Shown here in pieces: positions 1-8,742 of a stretch of 37,149 bases of DNA. Both the position numbers and the translations under genes were made by a program. The notes beneath the pieces were generated by a model that was not told the origin of the DNA, did no database searches, and worked only from the letters and a program-made list of their open reading frames with translations. Where the stretch lies: IMG/VR virus record IMGVR_UViG_3300009702_000008, positions 1 through 37,149 of that record; one strand, 5' to 3'. Within the stretch, counting starts at the first letter, position 1. Each line of letters opens with the position of its first letter. The stretch comes from a virus.

Positions 1-123
1 ATCGCGCATATCTACAAACGTCTCTACTCCGTTGACCTGGCGTATATTCGCCTTCGATTCATCTCTATCGAGATTCAAAAAGATCGGCGACGGCGCGAGC
101 GATGCAAGCGAAGTCTTACCGAC
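1..123. repeat. Terminal overlap, copy 1 (identical to 37027-37149); circular closure or direct terminal repeat
   Basis: Read directly: both ends spell atcgcgcatatctacaaacg...gcaagcgaagtcttaccgac. The overlap runs to the window edges. Confidence 0.95.
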
Positions 124-261
124 GCCGCCTGTCCCATAAATGACGATCGCTTGACCGTTCGTGCATGACACGTTCGACACAGTGAACTTCTTGGGTTTCC
201 TTTCAACAGGTGTTGGTGCTTGCGCTGATTTTCGCGGCGGCGGTGGTGGTGCTGTTGGCAT
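1..261 (-). CDS. Sak4-like RecA-fold AAA ATPase, N-terminal segment (gene split by the linearisation point; continues at 36475-37026)
   Basis: ATG at 261-259 follows GGGAGA. Translation is MPTAPPPPPPRKSAQAPTPVERKPKKFTVSNVSCTNGQAIVIYGTGGVGKTSLASL..., with Walker A GTGGVGKT. 261+552 nt = 813 nt, in frame across the junction. Confidence 0.8.
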   Translation of the reverse strand, partial: MPTAPPPPPRKSAQAPTPVERKPKKFTVSNVSCTNGQAIVIYGTGGVGKTSLASLAPSPIFLNLDRDESKANIRQVNGVETFVDMRD

Positions 262-1282
262 CATCTGTTTCTCCCAATTCAGGATTCACATTTTGCACTC
301 GCTCGAACCCTTCGGGCAGTGCTTCATTTTCAACGTCAATTTGATTGACGCACAATGGCAAATATGCGCAGGGATAAGGAAATCTACACGATTGCGAATT
401 CTTGTAGTGCAGATTATTCCGTTCGGCTTGGCGAATCTGCTTCGCTATGTCCCACATTTCGTATCGCATTTCAGTAAGTTCTCGTTCGAATCTAACGACT
501 TCACGCCGCGCAAAATAGAATGATGGGCGTGTACCAATATCTTCACTCAATCTCTCAGAATACTCAACAAGAGATTCCCTTCGTCTGTCCTCGCCGCGAC
601 CGACAAGTTTGGGAGCAATAGACGGTTTGCGGATCACGTCATAAAGAACACCGCCAACGTCATAACCGAGTTCGCGGGCTGCAAGGATATAGCGACTGAT
701 CTGCTCATCGAGCGCGAGACGATCCCAATAATTGGAATCGGTCGTTATCGAATCACCAGTCGTCTTGTGTTCGAGAATTACCAGGCGGCCATCGTAGTGG
801 GCGACGGCATCAATCTTTCCTGCATTCCGATATGTTCGACTCGCCTTCTCCGTTTGCGGATTAACGATCGGCAAGTCGAATTGAATCTCGGATTCCAAAA
901 TCTCGATCGGCTCATCAGCCCAGCGGATTATATAGCCTTGCAAAAGTGCCTTGACCTTGACCAATTCAAGCAACAAGGATTCGATTCGCTCTTCAGAATC
1001 CGTCGCGTCGATCATTGCCCGATAGTTGTCGTCCAAAAACGACGTTGCACGGTCAATATCTTCAGTCGTTTTGTAAAGATGCAAGGCCTCGTGGAATGCG
1101 CCTCCGAATCGTAGAGCGGCCGACTGCTCGCGTCGCACGCCGCAAACGTAAGAATAGTAGTGTTTGCGAGGACAGAGTTTGAAGCACTGTGCTCGCGAGT
1201 TTGTGATAAGGTCTCGCCCATCGCCCTTGGATTCGATGGCTGTTTGCTCAATCGGTGCGAGTTCATCTTTGCGGTTTGACAT
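203..1282 (-). CDS. PD-(D/E)XK exonuclease, Cas4/RecB-like with putative Fe-S cysteines
   Basis: ORF 203..1333 trimmed to ATG 1282 (GAAAGGA 9 nt upstream). Motif ...GKIDAVAHYDGRLVILEHKTT (D...ExK). Cys near the N-terminus plus CRFPYPCAYLPLC near the C-terminus, as in Cas4/AddB nucleases. Confidence 0.75.
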   Translation of the reverse strand: MSNRKDELAPIEQTAIESKGDGRDLITNSRAQCFKLCPRKHYYSYVCGVRREQSAALRFGGAFHEALHLYKTTEDIDRATSFLDDNYRAMIDATDSEERIESLLLELVKVKALLQGYIIRWADEPIEILESEIQFDLPIVNPQTEKASRTYRNAGKIDAVAHYDGRLVILEHKTTGDSITTDSNYWDRLALDEQISRYILAARELGYDVGGVLYDVIRKPSIAPKLVGRGEDRRRESLVEYSERLSEDIGTRPSFYFARREVVRFERELTEMRYEMWDIAKQIRQAERNNLHYKNSQSCRFPYPCAYLPLCVNQIDVENEALPEGFERVQNVNPELGETDDANSTTTAAAKISASTNTC

Positions 1283-1556
1283 TCTCAAACATCCTTTCAT
1301 TGTCGAGCGACCAACCGCCCAGCGACGGGACATGCTTGACCAGTCCGGCGTCCTTCAACTCGGCGAGCATTACCATCGTGCGACGTTCTCCGACGTTGAT
1401 CCGTTTGGCGATTTCTTTGAGTCGCAATCCCGATTCCATCATCGTGGCTAAGAGCAAAATCAGCCTGTCCTTCGGCGGCGGTGGTTTGAACCGATCATCC
1501 ACGAGATTCGATTTATGACGCTTGTGAGTATTAGTCCGAGACCGCTTGTTGTGCAT
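1263..1556 (-). CDS. Small DNA-binding protein, winged-helix/HTH-like
   Basis: 97 aa. Basic N-terminus, then GLRLKEIAKRINVGERRTMVMLAELKDAGLV, which resembles a helix-turn-helix. Confidence 0.55.
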   Translation of the reverse strand: MHNKRSRTNTHKRHKSNLVDDRFKPPPPKDRLILLLATMMESGLRLKEIAKRINVGERRTMVMLAELKDAGLVKHVPSLGGWSLDNERMFENVKPQR

Positions 1557-1571
1557 ATTATGAATTGTCCT

Positions 1572-1853
1572 CTACTGAGCTTTTTCGCAGCTTAGAACAA
1601 GCGTATCAGCGAGGTCCATCGCAATCGCTAGCCAACATCTGACTTCATCGATTGTCACGTCTTCGCAAACAAAATGCGTATCCCAGTTCGACTTACCTCT
1701 TGGAGTTTGTATGTCCACGGAATAACCGTCGCGTTGTTCCTCGACGTTGACTATGCCGTGCAACATCGTCAATGAAATACTTGGCAGATGCGCGAGTTTC
1801 AAAAGTTCAATCGTCGCGCGGATCAGGTCATCATGCGGTCGTTTTCGATTCAT
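1572..1853 (-). CDS. Hypothetical protein (93 aa)
   Basis: ORF 1572..1904 trimmed to ATG 1853, preceded by GAAAGGTAAAAC. No recognisable domain. Confidence 0.55.
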   Translation of the reverse strand: MNRKRPHDDLIRATIELLKLAHLPSISLTMLHGIVNVEEQRDGYSVDIQTPRGKSNWDTHFVCEDVTIDEVRCWLAIAMDLADTLVLSCEKAQ

Positions 1854-1977
1854 CGTTTTACCTTTCGCAAAAACAGGCGGCGCGCGATCGCTCGGCAACC
1901 GCACACCGCCCGCGCCTGGAGGGAAGTCGTTTTTTGTGGGTCATATGCCCAAGCATACGATCCCTGGCCAAACAAGC

Positions 1978-2044
1978 ACAACGGCGGATCGGGAGGATGG
2001 ACGCCGGCATCTGGCGATGAGGCAGCTCCCGATCCGCACGTTGT
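1978..2044 (-). promoter_or_regulatory. Long imperfect inverted repeat (18-bp stem, about 30-nt loop) in a 250-bp non-coding gap
   Basis: Plus strand ACAACGGCGGATCGGGAG (1978-1995) pairs with CTCCCGATCCGC-A-CGTTGT (2026-2044), with one bulged base. Confidence 0.7.
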
Positions 2045-2103
2045 TTCCTTTGTTTTTCTGCTGACGTCCATGGTTTTAATCATCGGCCGATTTGATCGAC
2101 GGC

Positions 2104-2325
2104 TCAAGTCTTTTCTTGATATTTTTTCAGCCGATTCGCAACCGTCTGCGCAGTCACGCCGAGCTGCTTACCGATCGCACGATATGTCATGCCCTCAGCG
2201 CGCAACCGGACAATCTCTTCATCCGATATACCAGTTTTGCGCGGTCGGCCTTGTGGGGCAGTCATGCCCTGGACCAATCGTTGACAACGCGGACATAGGT
2301 CGTCGAAGTTAATTTCGTCGGTCAT
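2104..2325 (-). CDS. Small HTH regulator with N-terminal CxxC
   Basis: 73 aa. CPRC, then ...GMTYRAIGKQLGVTAQTVANRLKK (resolvase / sigma region-4 style HTH). ATG directly abuts the upstream TAG stop (2326-2328). Confidence 0.65.
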   Translation of the reverse strand: MTDEINFDDLCPRCQRLVQGMTAPQGRPRKTGISDEEIVRLRAEGMTYRAIGKQLGVTAQTVANRLKKYQEKT

Positions 2326-2703
2326 CTAATCGTCCGATCTTCTGTTTTCGATTTGCTCGCGGACGGCGTTCGCTTCTGGCGAATCTCCACGATACCATTC
2401 AATATAGGCATTGGTGTTGATCCAATAGATTTCGCAGTCGTCGATGACGTGCCGCCCAATCTTCCCGATCCGGGTGCGGTCCCCGCCCGGTGGGGTAACA
2501 TCATATACGTGCGCCGAGATTTCGGTGATGACGTTCAAAATCTTTTCCTGGACGTCGGTCCAATCGAGGACGTCGCCAGCTATTGTCCGAGCTATGTTGT
2601 CGAGATTGACTCCGTCGGCCATGCCTCCAGCAATGAGCCAAGCCGCACGTACGAGGTAGATATTTCCAAGATAGTTCAGTTCGCCTGTTGTTTTCGTTTT
2701 CAT
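2326..2703 (-). CDS. Hypothetical protein (125 aa)
   Basis: ATG 2703 preceded by GAAAGGGAAAAC. Coding-like composition, no domain recognised. Confidence 0.6.
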   Translation of the reverse strand: MKTKTTGELNYLGNIYLVRAAWLIAGGMADGVNLDNIARTIAGDVLDWTDVQEKILNVITEISAHVYDVTPPGGDRTRIGKIGRHVIDDCEIYWINTNAYIEWYRGDSPEANAVREQIENRRSDD

Positions 2704-2729
2704 CGTTTTCCCTTTCGATTTTCGTGTTG

Positions 2730-3149
2730 TTATTTGCTTGCCATTTTACGCGCCGTCATTTTGACAATGCTTTCGCCGTTACAATCGCGATTGTCGATCC
2801 AAAACTTTGCATCGGCGTTGTGCATTATGATCTCGCGTAATTTGTCCAAGTTCTCTTCCTTACCATTGGCGATTACTTGCGGTCGGATTTTTTCGATGCA
2901 TTGATCCACTTCCGTAACAAGTTTGGCCCGTATCGTTGTCGCCCAGTTGACCTGTTTTTCCGACCCCGTCGGAGCCGGAAGGTCTGAAGTCGTCTCTCTA
3001 GCTGTCTCTAACTCAGCAGATCGCTTACAATCCAAGCATGGCATGGTAGCAAGCCATTCGGCCTTGCGATCCCGATCATTGTATTTGCCGACGAGATTGT
3101 GCGTGATCTCATGTCCGCAGGTGTGTGTTATCAGTGTTTTGCTCATCAT
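2730..3149 (-). CDS. Hypothetical protein with N-terminal Cys/His cluster (zinc-ribbon-like)
   Basis: ORF 2730..3200 trimmed to ATGATG at 3149, after AAAGGGAAAA and downstream of the predicted TSS. Contains CGHE...CLDC. Confidence 0.6.
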   Translation of the reverse strand: MMSKTLITHTCGHEITHNLVGKYNDRDRKAEWLATMPCLDCKRSAELETARETTSDLPAPTGSEKQVNWATTIRAKLVTEVDQCIEKIRPQVIANGKEENLDKLREIIMHNADAKFWIDNRDCNGESIVKMTARKMASK

Positions 3150-3202
3150 TTTTCCCTTTCGTTTTTGGCTTGCTCGGCAATCCATCATTGCCTGACACAT
3201 AT

Positions 3203-3231
3203 ACTATACGACATCCCCGCCCGCTTGTCAA
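3203..3231 (-). promoter_or_regulatory. Sigma-70-type promoter for the early operon
   Basis: Minus strand reads TTGACA (3231-3226), a 17-nt spacer, then TATAGT (3208-3203). Sits in the 113-bp gap after the last structural gene. Confidence 0.7.
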
Positions 3232-3256
3232 ATAAATATCGAGGTTTTTTTGACAA
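3225..3256. promoter_or_regulatory. Operator-like 8-bp inverted repeat overlapping the -35 box
   Basis: TTGTCAAA (3225-3232) and TTTGACAA (3249-3256) are exact reverse complements, 16 bp apart. Confidence 0.55.
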
Positions 3257-3313
3257 AATGTCGAAATTGTCGTAAGTCTAGGAATATCAACGACTTATGA
3301 AGCGTCGGCCAGC

Positions 3314-4279
3314 CTAGCCCGTGAGAACCCGCTTGGACGTGATCACTGCCCCGCCCGTGGTGACGGTCCTTAGGCCTGCATCAATATCAAAGGGCGGGAA
3401 TTGATGTATCCGCCGTTGAAAGTTGGGCCTATAAATCGCGAGAGGATCATCGCTCAGAATCTTGAGTTCGCCATCCGAGAGATAGCGATTCCAAGTTGCG
3501 ACATGCGCAATCGAGAGCGAATCTGAATAGACTCCATCGCGCAACCCACCATAGAGAGCGTTGGTGCCGTGCGTCGCAGTGATGTGATTGCCAGATGTGG
3601 TTGTCGAAAGCGCAACGCCGTTGAGCCATAACTTGTGCGGAGTATTATCTATTGGCTCGCCCGAGGTTGCTGCAATGATATTGAGATTGTCGTTCGCAGC
3701 AAAGATCGAAACATCCTGATGTTGGAAGGCGCCGCCTGTGTTGAGCGCAGACAGAGTGCCATCATGTGCAACGAGCGCAATCGTTTGAAGTGTATTATCC
3801 AAATATAAGATGTGGCCTTTGAGTTTGCCCCCTGCCTTTGACGATCCCTTTTGATCCGTGCACCAGATGTAAGAAAAACCAGCAAGATTACTAGGGCTTA
3901 CAAACGCCTGAATTGTAAACGGTGGAGTCAATCTGACTTGATTGAAGTGATCGTTGGCAGATGTTCGTAATGCTCCTGCTGCGGAAGAATCGCCTGTATG
4001 TATCGCAGGTCCGATTGTTGTTTTGGCTTGTGTTAACGACCCACGTTCAAACAACCTACCTGGTGAATGCCCTGTGATCGAATAAGTGAATTGCCGAACC
4101 GCTCCAATGTTTGCCGCAAGCGTCAATGCCGAATGCATATATCGCAAAAACAGACACGGACTGAATGTAGTCATCAATCCACGCCATAATTGCGGATAGG
4201 CGGATTCCGAACTTGTTCTCGCTGCGTCTGACGCACGTAACACGCCAGGGAAAGAATTGCCGACCCCACTTGTAGCCAT
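3314..4279 (-). CDS. LamG/concanavalin-A-like jelly-roll protein, last gene of the structural operon
   Basis: 321 aa. C-terminal ...SLSIAHVATWNRYLSDGELKIL resembles the conserved end of LamG-type domains. Start overlaps the upstream stop. Confidence 0.6.
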   Translation of the reverse strand: MATSGVGNSFPGVLRASDAARTSSESAYPQLWRGLMTTFSPCLFLRYMHSALTLAANIGAVRQFTYSITGHSPGRLFERGSLTQAKTTIGPAIHTGDSSAAGALRTSANDHFNQVRLTPPFTIQAFVSPSNLAGFSYIWCTDQKGSSKAGGKLKGHILYLDNTLQTIALVAHDGTLSALNTGGAFQHQDVSIFAANDNLNIIAATSGEPIDNTPHKLWLNGVALSTTTSGNHITATHGTNALYGGLRDGVYSDSLSIAHVATWNRYLSDGELKILSDDPLAIYRPNFQRRIHQFPPFDIDAGLRTVTTGGAVITSKRVLTG

Positions 4280-4776
4280 TATTGCTTCTTGTAAGGTAGA
4301 GGCGTCAGATAAAACGCATGGTCCGCCGCCGTCGCAGACAGCCCATCTGCCGTTCCGTTTGCGATCACCGCCTGCACTTGTTTGGTCGGGATAAAAACTT
4401 CACCGAATGCTGTAAAAGATGCAGTTGTCGATGCTTCATTTACAACAAGAGAACCAATCCATTTGGCGCCCGCGAAAGTGCTTTCGAGAGTCTCTGTATG
4501 ATCAGTCTGGGATATATTGAAATCGTTTGTGCCGTCCGACAGAGCAAGATAAATGTCGATTACCTCATCAAGCACAGGCGTTGTGGCGAACTTTGTCTTG
4601 AGTCCCCACTGATATAGCCCCGGTCCAGCACCATCGCCTAAGATTGCTAGATCCGCCGGTGCACTATAGCGGATCGAACCCGACGCCAACGAAGTCAAAG
4701 TCAAAGCTACGTCAGTCGGCGTAGAGTCAAACGTGATCGTCGTTCCCTGATTGATATATAGATCACCAACAGCCAT
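4279..4776 (-). CDS. Hypothetical virion-associated protein (165 aa)
   Basis: Tightly coupled ORF in the fibre module. Thr/Ser/Ala-rich, beta-rich composition. Confidence 0.6.
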   Translation of the reverse strand: MAVGDLYINQGTTITFDSTPTDVALTLTSLASGSIRYSAPADLAILGDGAGPGLYQWGLKTKFATTPVLDEVIDIYLALSDGTNDFNISQTDHTETLESTFAGAKWIGSLVVNEASTTASFTAFGEVFIPTKQVQAVIANGTADGLSATAADHAFYLTPLPYKKQ

Positions 4777-5069
4777 TATACTTCCCCAATTCCTACAATC
4801 TTTCGAGACGACAAGCAGTCATCAGAGCCGCGTTCGAAATCTCTACATTCTTTCGGTCGATATTCATAATGCAAACAGCGCCTATTTCCCGAATCAAACC
4901 ATTCGCATGGTCGATAGGTTTCGCTGCAATCCTCCATTTGTTTCACCTGTATCGCCAAACGGATCGGCAAGGATCGTAATTCGTCATCGTCAAACGGAGG
5001 TTTACCAACCAACATACAACATGCTGCGCATTCCCCGCATTCTTCGTCAATGATCGGCAAATCAATCAA
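4776..5069 (-). CDS. YkgJ/UPF0153-like Cys-cluster (Zn/Fe-binding) protein
   Basis: Motif CGECAACC (CxxCxxCC) plus later Cys residues. The first in-frame ATG lies after the motif, so TTG at 5069 or 5060 is proposed as the start. The start is uncertain. Confidence 0.5.
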   Translation of the reverse strand: MIDLPIIDEECGECAACCMLVGKPPFDDDELRSLPIRLAIQVKQMEDCSETYRPCEWFDSGNRRCLHYEYRPKECRDFERGSDDCLSSRKIVGIGEV

Positions 5070-5562
5070 TGGTATATTCCAACGCCACCCAAACCTTTGT
5101 TGGCGCAGACGCAATCGCCGACGCCGAATAATGCAACCACGTACCAGCCGAAATAGCTGGCGAAGTAAAAGACGTATCATTCAATCCCGCTGCGGTCGCC
5201 TGTAAATCCACCGCCTCAACATCCGTGCCCGCAACATCGGGCGTCAATTGACCGCGTTTTTCGATATTGAAATCCACCGTGCCAACGTCTGTTATGCCGA
5301 TGATCCGTTTCAGGGTTGCAGCATGCGGGACATAAACGAGAGGGAACGAATCGGTGGCCGCTGGTGACTCAATGTAGATAAAATGGCCTGGTTGCGTCGG
5401 AATGATTGTTCGCAATTGTGCGCCGGTCAATTCGGAAGCGGGCTTGTTCGCACCCGACAAATTGCCCAACACGCGTGCATTGCTGACCATGCCGACATTG
5501 GTGGCCATGACGATCGCGTCAAATGCTGCGCCTTTTGTAATCTCTCCTACTACACTCGGCAT
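5062..5562 (-). CDS. Hypothetical tail-fibre-module protein (166 aa)
   Basis: ORF coupled to its neighbours. No domain recognised. Confidence 0.6.
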   Translation of the reverse strand: MPSVVGEITKGAAFDAIVMATNVGMVSNARVLGNLSGANKPASELTGAQLRTIIPTQPGHFIYIESPAATDSFPLVYVPHAATLKRIIGITDVGTVDFNIEKRGQLTPDVAGTDVEAVDLQATAAGLNDTSFTSPAISAGTWLHYSASAIASAPTKVWVALEYTID

Positions 5563-6824
5563 TAGATTGTCACCAACATTGTTGTCGGGTCGGTAAAGCC
5601 CGGATTCTTGGAAACGTAAACTCGATAATCTTCTTGGTATCCTGCATCGTTCGTCACCGCCAACGCGGTATTATCGACGTTGAAATCACCAAGCGATTCG
5701 AATCCGCCGATGATAATCGAAGTCAAGGCACCGAGACGCGCTGGATATGCAATGTAAGTATACTCGCTTGCGGTCGCGTTGACCGTCATCGACCGGCTGC
5801 TCATAGAATTAGATGCGACTTGCCCTGGTTGCGTCGCGGTGTTGTTCTCAACGTCCGATTCCGTATAACCCGACGCCTTCGCAAGTTCGCCCCAAAAGAT
5901 GTAGTTTTGAGCGGTTGAAGTCGTCAGTAGGTCGAAGTCATTCGATCCATTCGCAAGATCGGCCAGCCGAGATGTGATCGCCTTGAATGCTTCGGTAAAT
6001 CCCGCCGAATTAGTAACCGTCGTGAGATTGATTGTTTGCACAGTCGGTGCCAGAGTTGTGGCACTCGCCGCGAACGATGCCGTCACCGAACCGAATCCGC
6101 TATTCATTCTGACTTGTGCGACGCTGGACAATCGAGATGCATGCGCAAATGTCACTTTGTCGCCCGCAGCTCCGGTCGGAATGTTGAAGATGCTTTGAAA
6201 TCTCGACTCATTCGGCCCCGCCACCTCGGTCAATGCTTCGATGTTCGCTTGTGTCTGCGCACCAATCCCGTTGGCGTTCGTGCCATATCGCATCGTGTTT
6301 GAAAAGCTGACCGAATCTTGTTTGGTGCTGGAGTCCGCCGACTGACTCAATGTAAACGTGATCGTGCCGGTTGCCGACGAAGGATAATTGACTGCCTCGG
6401 TGTTCGTTTCCGGCCCCGTCGTCGGTGTCATCGAAAGATTCGATCCCCACGCCACAGATGATCCGGTCATGGCCACTTGTGCCGTCATGCCGACCGGTTC
6501 ATTGGAATACGATGCCGTGAATGTGATCGCGCTGATCGCCTGCCAGACGCCAGATCCGATAAGCTGAAACGTATCGCTGATGCCGTCGCTGAAGCTATCA
6601 ATCGAGAACGTAAACTCGGTCGTATCGCCCGCCGTTCCTGGCACCCAGTTCGAGCCGTTCCATTTTAGAACTTTATTCAATACAGGCGGCACCGTCGTCG
6701 TGTCAGCGTCCGTCAGATCGTCTACTGCAATAGGCCCTCCGCCGCCTCCCGCGGGAGCGTTCGTTTGCGTGACGGCTGATTTGCCCGCCGTCTGTTGCAA
6801 TGAAGTGACTCGGCTTTTAGCCAT
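5562..6824 (-). CDS. Tail-fibre-like protein (420 aa)
   Basis: The N-terminal ...DDLTDADTTTVPPVLNKVLKWNGSNWVP motif resembles common fibre N-termini. The rest is Thr/Ser/Ala/Gly-rich. Confidence 0.6.
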   Translation of the reverse strand: MAKSRVTSLQQTAGKSAVTQTNAPAGGGGGPIAVDDLTDADTTTVPPVLNKVLKWNGSNWVPGTAGDTTEFTFSIDSFSDGISDTFQLIGSGVWQAISAITFTASYSNEPVGMTAQVAMTGSSVAWGSNLSMTPTTGPETNTEAVNYPSSATGTITFTLSQSADSSTKQDSVSFSNTMRYGTNANGIGAQTQANIEALTEVAGPNESRFQSIFNIPTGAAGDKVTFAHASRLSSVAQVRMNSGFGSVTASFAASATTLAPTVQTINLTTVTNSAGFTEAFKAITSRLADLANGSNDFDLLTTSTAQNYIFWGELAKASGYTESDVENNTATQPGQVASNSMSSRSMTVNATASEYTYIAYPARLGALTSIIIGGFESLGDFNVDNTALAVTNDAGYQEDYRVYVSKNPGFTDPTTMLVTI

Positions 6825-7107
6825 AGGTATAACTTACGCCCTCGCCTGCATTCTGTGCGTCTACGAAAATCGTTGACAAATCCACGCCGTTGAATGTGAT
6901 CCGATCGCCGCGTGTTCCGTCCGTCACCAATCGCGTGCCCATTTCTCCGCCAGCTCGCGCGAATGTTTCAGGACCACCGACGTAGACCGCCGAACTTGTC
7001 GAATTGCTAACAAGTGCTTCGATTTCAATCCACGCGACCGGAATCGGAACGTCGCTCAGAGACTCAGGATGGCCTGGCGTTTTGACTGTCTTTCGTCCGC
7101 TTGTCAT
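6817..7107 (-). CDS. Hypothetical protein (96 aa)
   Basis: ORF 6817..7125 trimmed to ATG 7107, which overlaps the upstream TGA (ATGA). Confidence 0.5.
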   Translation of the reverse strand: MTSGRKTVKTPGHPESLSDVPIPVAWIEIEALVSNSTSSAVYVGGPETFARAGGEMGTRLVTDGTRGDRITFNGVDLSTIFVDAQNAGEGVSYTYG

Positions 7108-7919
7108 GCGTTGCTCACGTCCCATTTCGTTGTTATTGTCAAAAGACCATTGTTTTCGCCGACAAGCACGGCGCCCGGAGCTTTGTAATACGTCGTGAAC
7201 GTCTTAGCACCGCCGCCCTGTGTCACGTCGATTGTGCCGCCATAATGATAGACTGTCGTAATCGTGCCCGTCACGTTGAAGTTTACCCGACCTCCGAAAA
7301 CCCAAAGCGTAGTGATCGTGTTTGTATCTTGTGTCAGTTGACCCCCAAACACCGTCGCTGTCGTTATTGCCTTGCTTGACGTACACGTCCCACCATATTG
7401 TTTGTAATCCGTGACGGTCGTGCCCGCAGTGAGCGTCAAGTTAGCGTCACCCGCTACGCTGTTTCGACGACCCACGACGATATTTGTCGCAGTTCCTGCA
7501 CCATCGACCGTGACCCCACCGCGCAGCACTTGCAAGAGCGTAACGCCCGATCCGGTTATGTTCATCACACTTGTTGCCGGTGACGCCGCGGTAGAATCGA
7601 CCGTTACTAGATCAGTGGTTCCGCTTCCGTCCTTATACCAGAGTTGCCCCGCGCCGCGGTTCCAGACGTGATCCGCTGAAATATCGAGGTCGTTTCCGTT
7701 CCCACCTATGTCTTCAGTATATCCTTCGCCGACATAGAGCAGGTCGAGGTCGATAAGCGTCAGAGCGGCCATATTCGTATTGGGTCCGGTGTTTGCACCG
7801 GAAAAGTCAGCTATGAACCTCATTTCCTCGTTGTTGCCAGGTGCAGCTCCGCCCGACCAGTTAGTGGCCGTGTTAATGTCACGGTCGCCGCCGCCGTTTG
7901 TCCAATGCCCACTCGCCAT
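7104..7919 (-). CDS. Beta-helix-like tail spike/fibre protein, paralogue 2
   Basis: 271 aa. N-terminal W..GG....NWSGG..P motif, then repetitive G/T/V-rich strands (GGTCTSS, GGQLTQ, GGRVNF, GGTIDV). Confidence 0.6.
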   Translation of the reverse strand: MASGHWTNGGGDRDINTATNWSGGAAPGNNEEMRFIADFSGANTGPNTNMAALTLIDLDLLYVGEGYTEDIGGNGNDLDISADHVWNRGAGQLWYKDGSGTTDLVTVDSTAASPATSVMNITGSGVTLLQVLRGGVTVDGAGTATNIVVGRRNSVAGDANLTLTAGTTVTDYKQYGGTCTSSKAITTATVFGGQLTQDTNTITTLWVFGGRVNFNVTGTITTVYHYGGTIDVTQGGGAKTFTTYYKAPGAVLVGENNGLLTITTKWDVSNA

Positions 7920-7929
7920 GATTATTCTC

Positions 7930-8739
7930 CTATGCGAATAGCGGCGTCTCGCCGCGTGCGTCTATCAAAGACGTAATAGTTAATGATCCGTTACTGACGT
8001 AATCTCCACCTGTGAAGACCTCAATAAGAGTGGCAGTTTTTGCGTGAGGAGTTTGCGAAAAATCAGCTACGCCACCGATAATAGTGAAAGTATTCCCTCC
8101 GGCATCATCAGCATCGTCCTGGTATACCCCGCCGAACATTTGAATTGTACTTGACTTCTTTTGGGTCTTATTGATGCGACCCCCAGATAGTCTGACTGAA
8201 GTAATGGATCGTTCGGCATTGACAGTTCCTGCGCCACAAAAGAGCGTACTTATTGTTGTGCCTGTATCTCCGAAAATGTTAATCGTAGGCGTAGCACCTG
8301 TCGGATGCGTTGTTGCAATAATGGTATTAGCGTCGGACGAATTGCTCATATTTACAATTCCGCGCCTGGCAATAAAGGTGCTTCCAAGTCTGTTAGTCGA
8401 CCACAAGGTAGCATCAGAATCCCAAATCACTGTGCCAGCACCGCCGGAAGGATCAATGTGAAAATAGGCGTCACCTGTCCCTTGGAAAACAAACTTAGCT
8501 ATTGAGTCACCGTTGACTACGAATGGTGCGCCTGGTCCGCCGATAGCGCCAGTAAACTGTTTCGTGAAGCGGATTATCCCAAACACCACCGTTGCAAAAG
8601 CGTTGGCATTGACGGTCAATCCCGTCTGTGTGCCAGGCCCTATAAAAAGGTTATCTCCTGGCTGTGGTTGCCCCGTCGGACTCCAACTAGCCGGATCAGC
8701 TACGTCGCCATTCGTTGAGACCCAAGTTTTATCGGCCAT
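7930..8739 (-). CDS. Beta-helix-like tail spike/fibre protein, paralogue 1
   Basis: 269 aa. N-terminal W..NGD....SWSPTG.P motif and G/T-rich repeats, with the same architecture as 7104..7919. Confidence 0.6.
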   Translation of the reverse strand: MADKTWVSTNGDVADPASWSPTGQPQPGDNLFIGPGTQTGLTVNANAFATVVFGIIRFTKQFTGAIGGPGAPFVVNGDSIAKFVFQGTGDAYFHIDPSGGAGTVIWDSDATLWSTNRLGSTFIARRGIVNMSNSSDANTIIATTHPTGATPTINIFGDTGTTISTLFCGAGTVNAERSITSVRLSGGRINKTQKKSSTIQMFGGVYQDDADDAGGNTFTIIGGVADFSQTPHAKTATLIEVFTGGDYVSNGSLTITSLIDARGETPLFA

Positions 8740-8742
8740 AAA

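Noticed and set aside
4776-5180. Full-length ORF 4776..5180 starting at ATG 5180
   Set aside because: Its first ~37 residues overlap gene 5062..5562 and are an Arg/Leu-rich artefact. The gene was trimmed to a TTG start just after the upstream stop.
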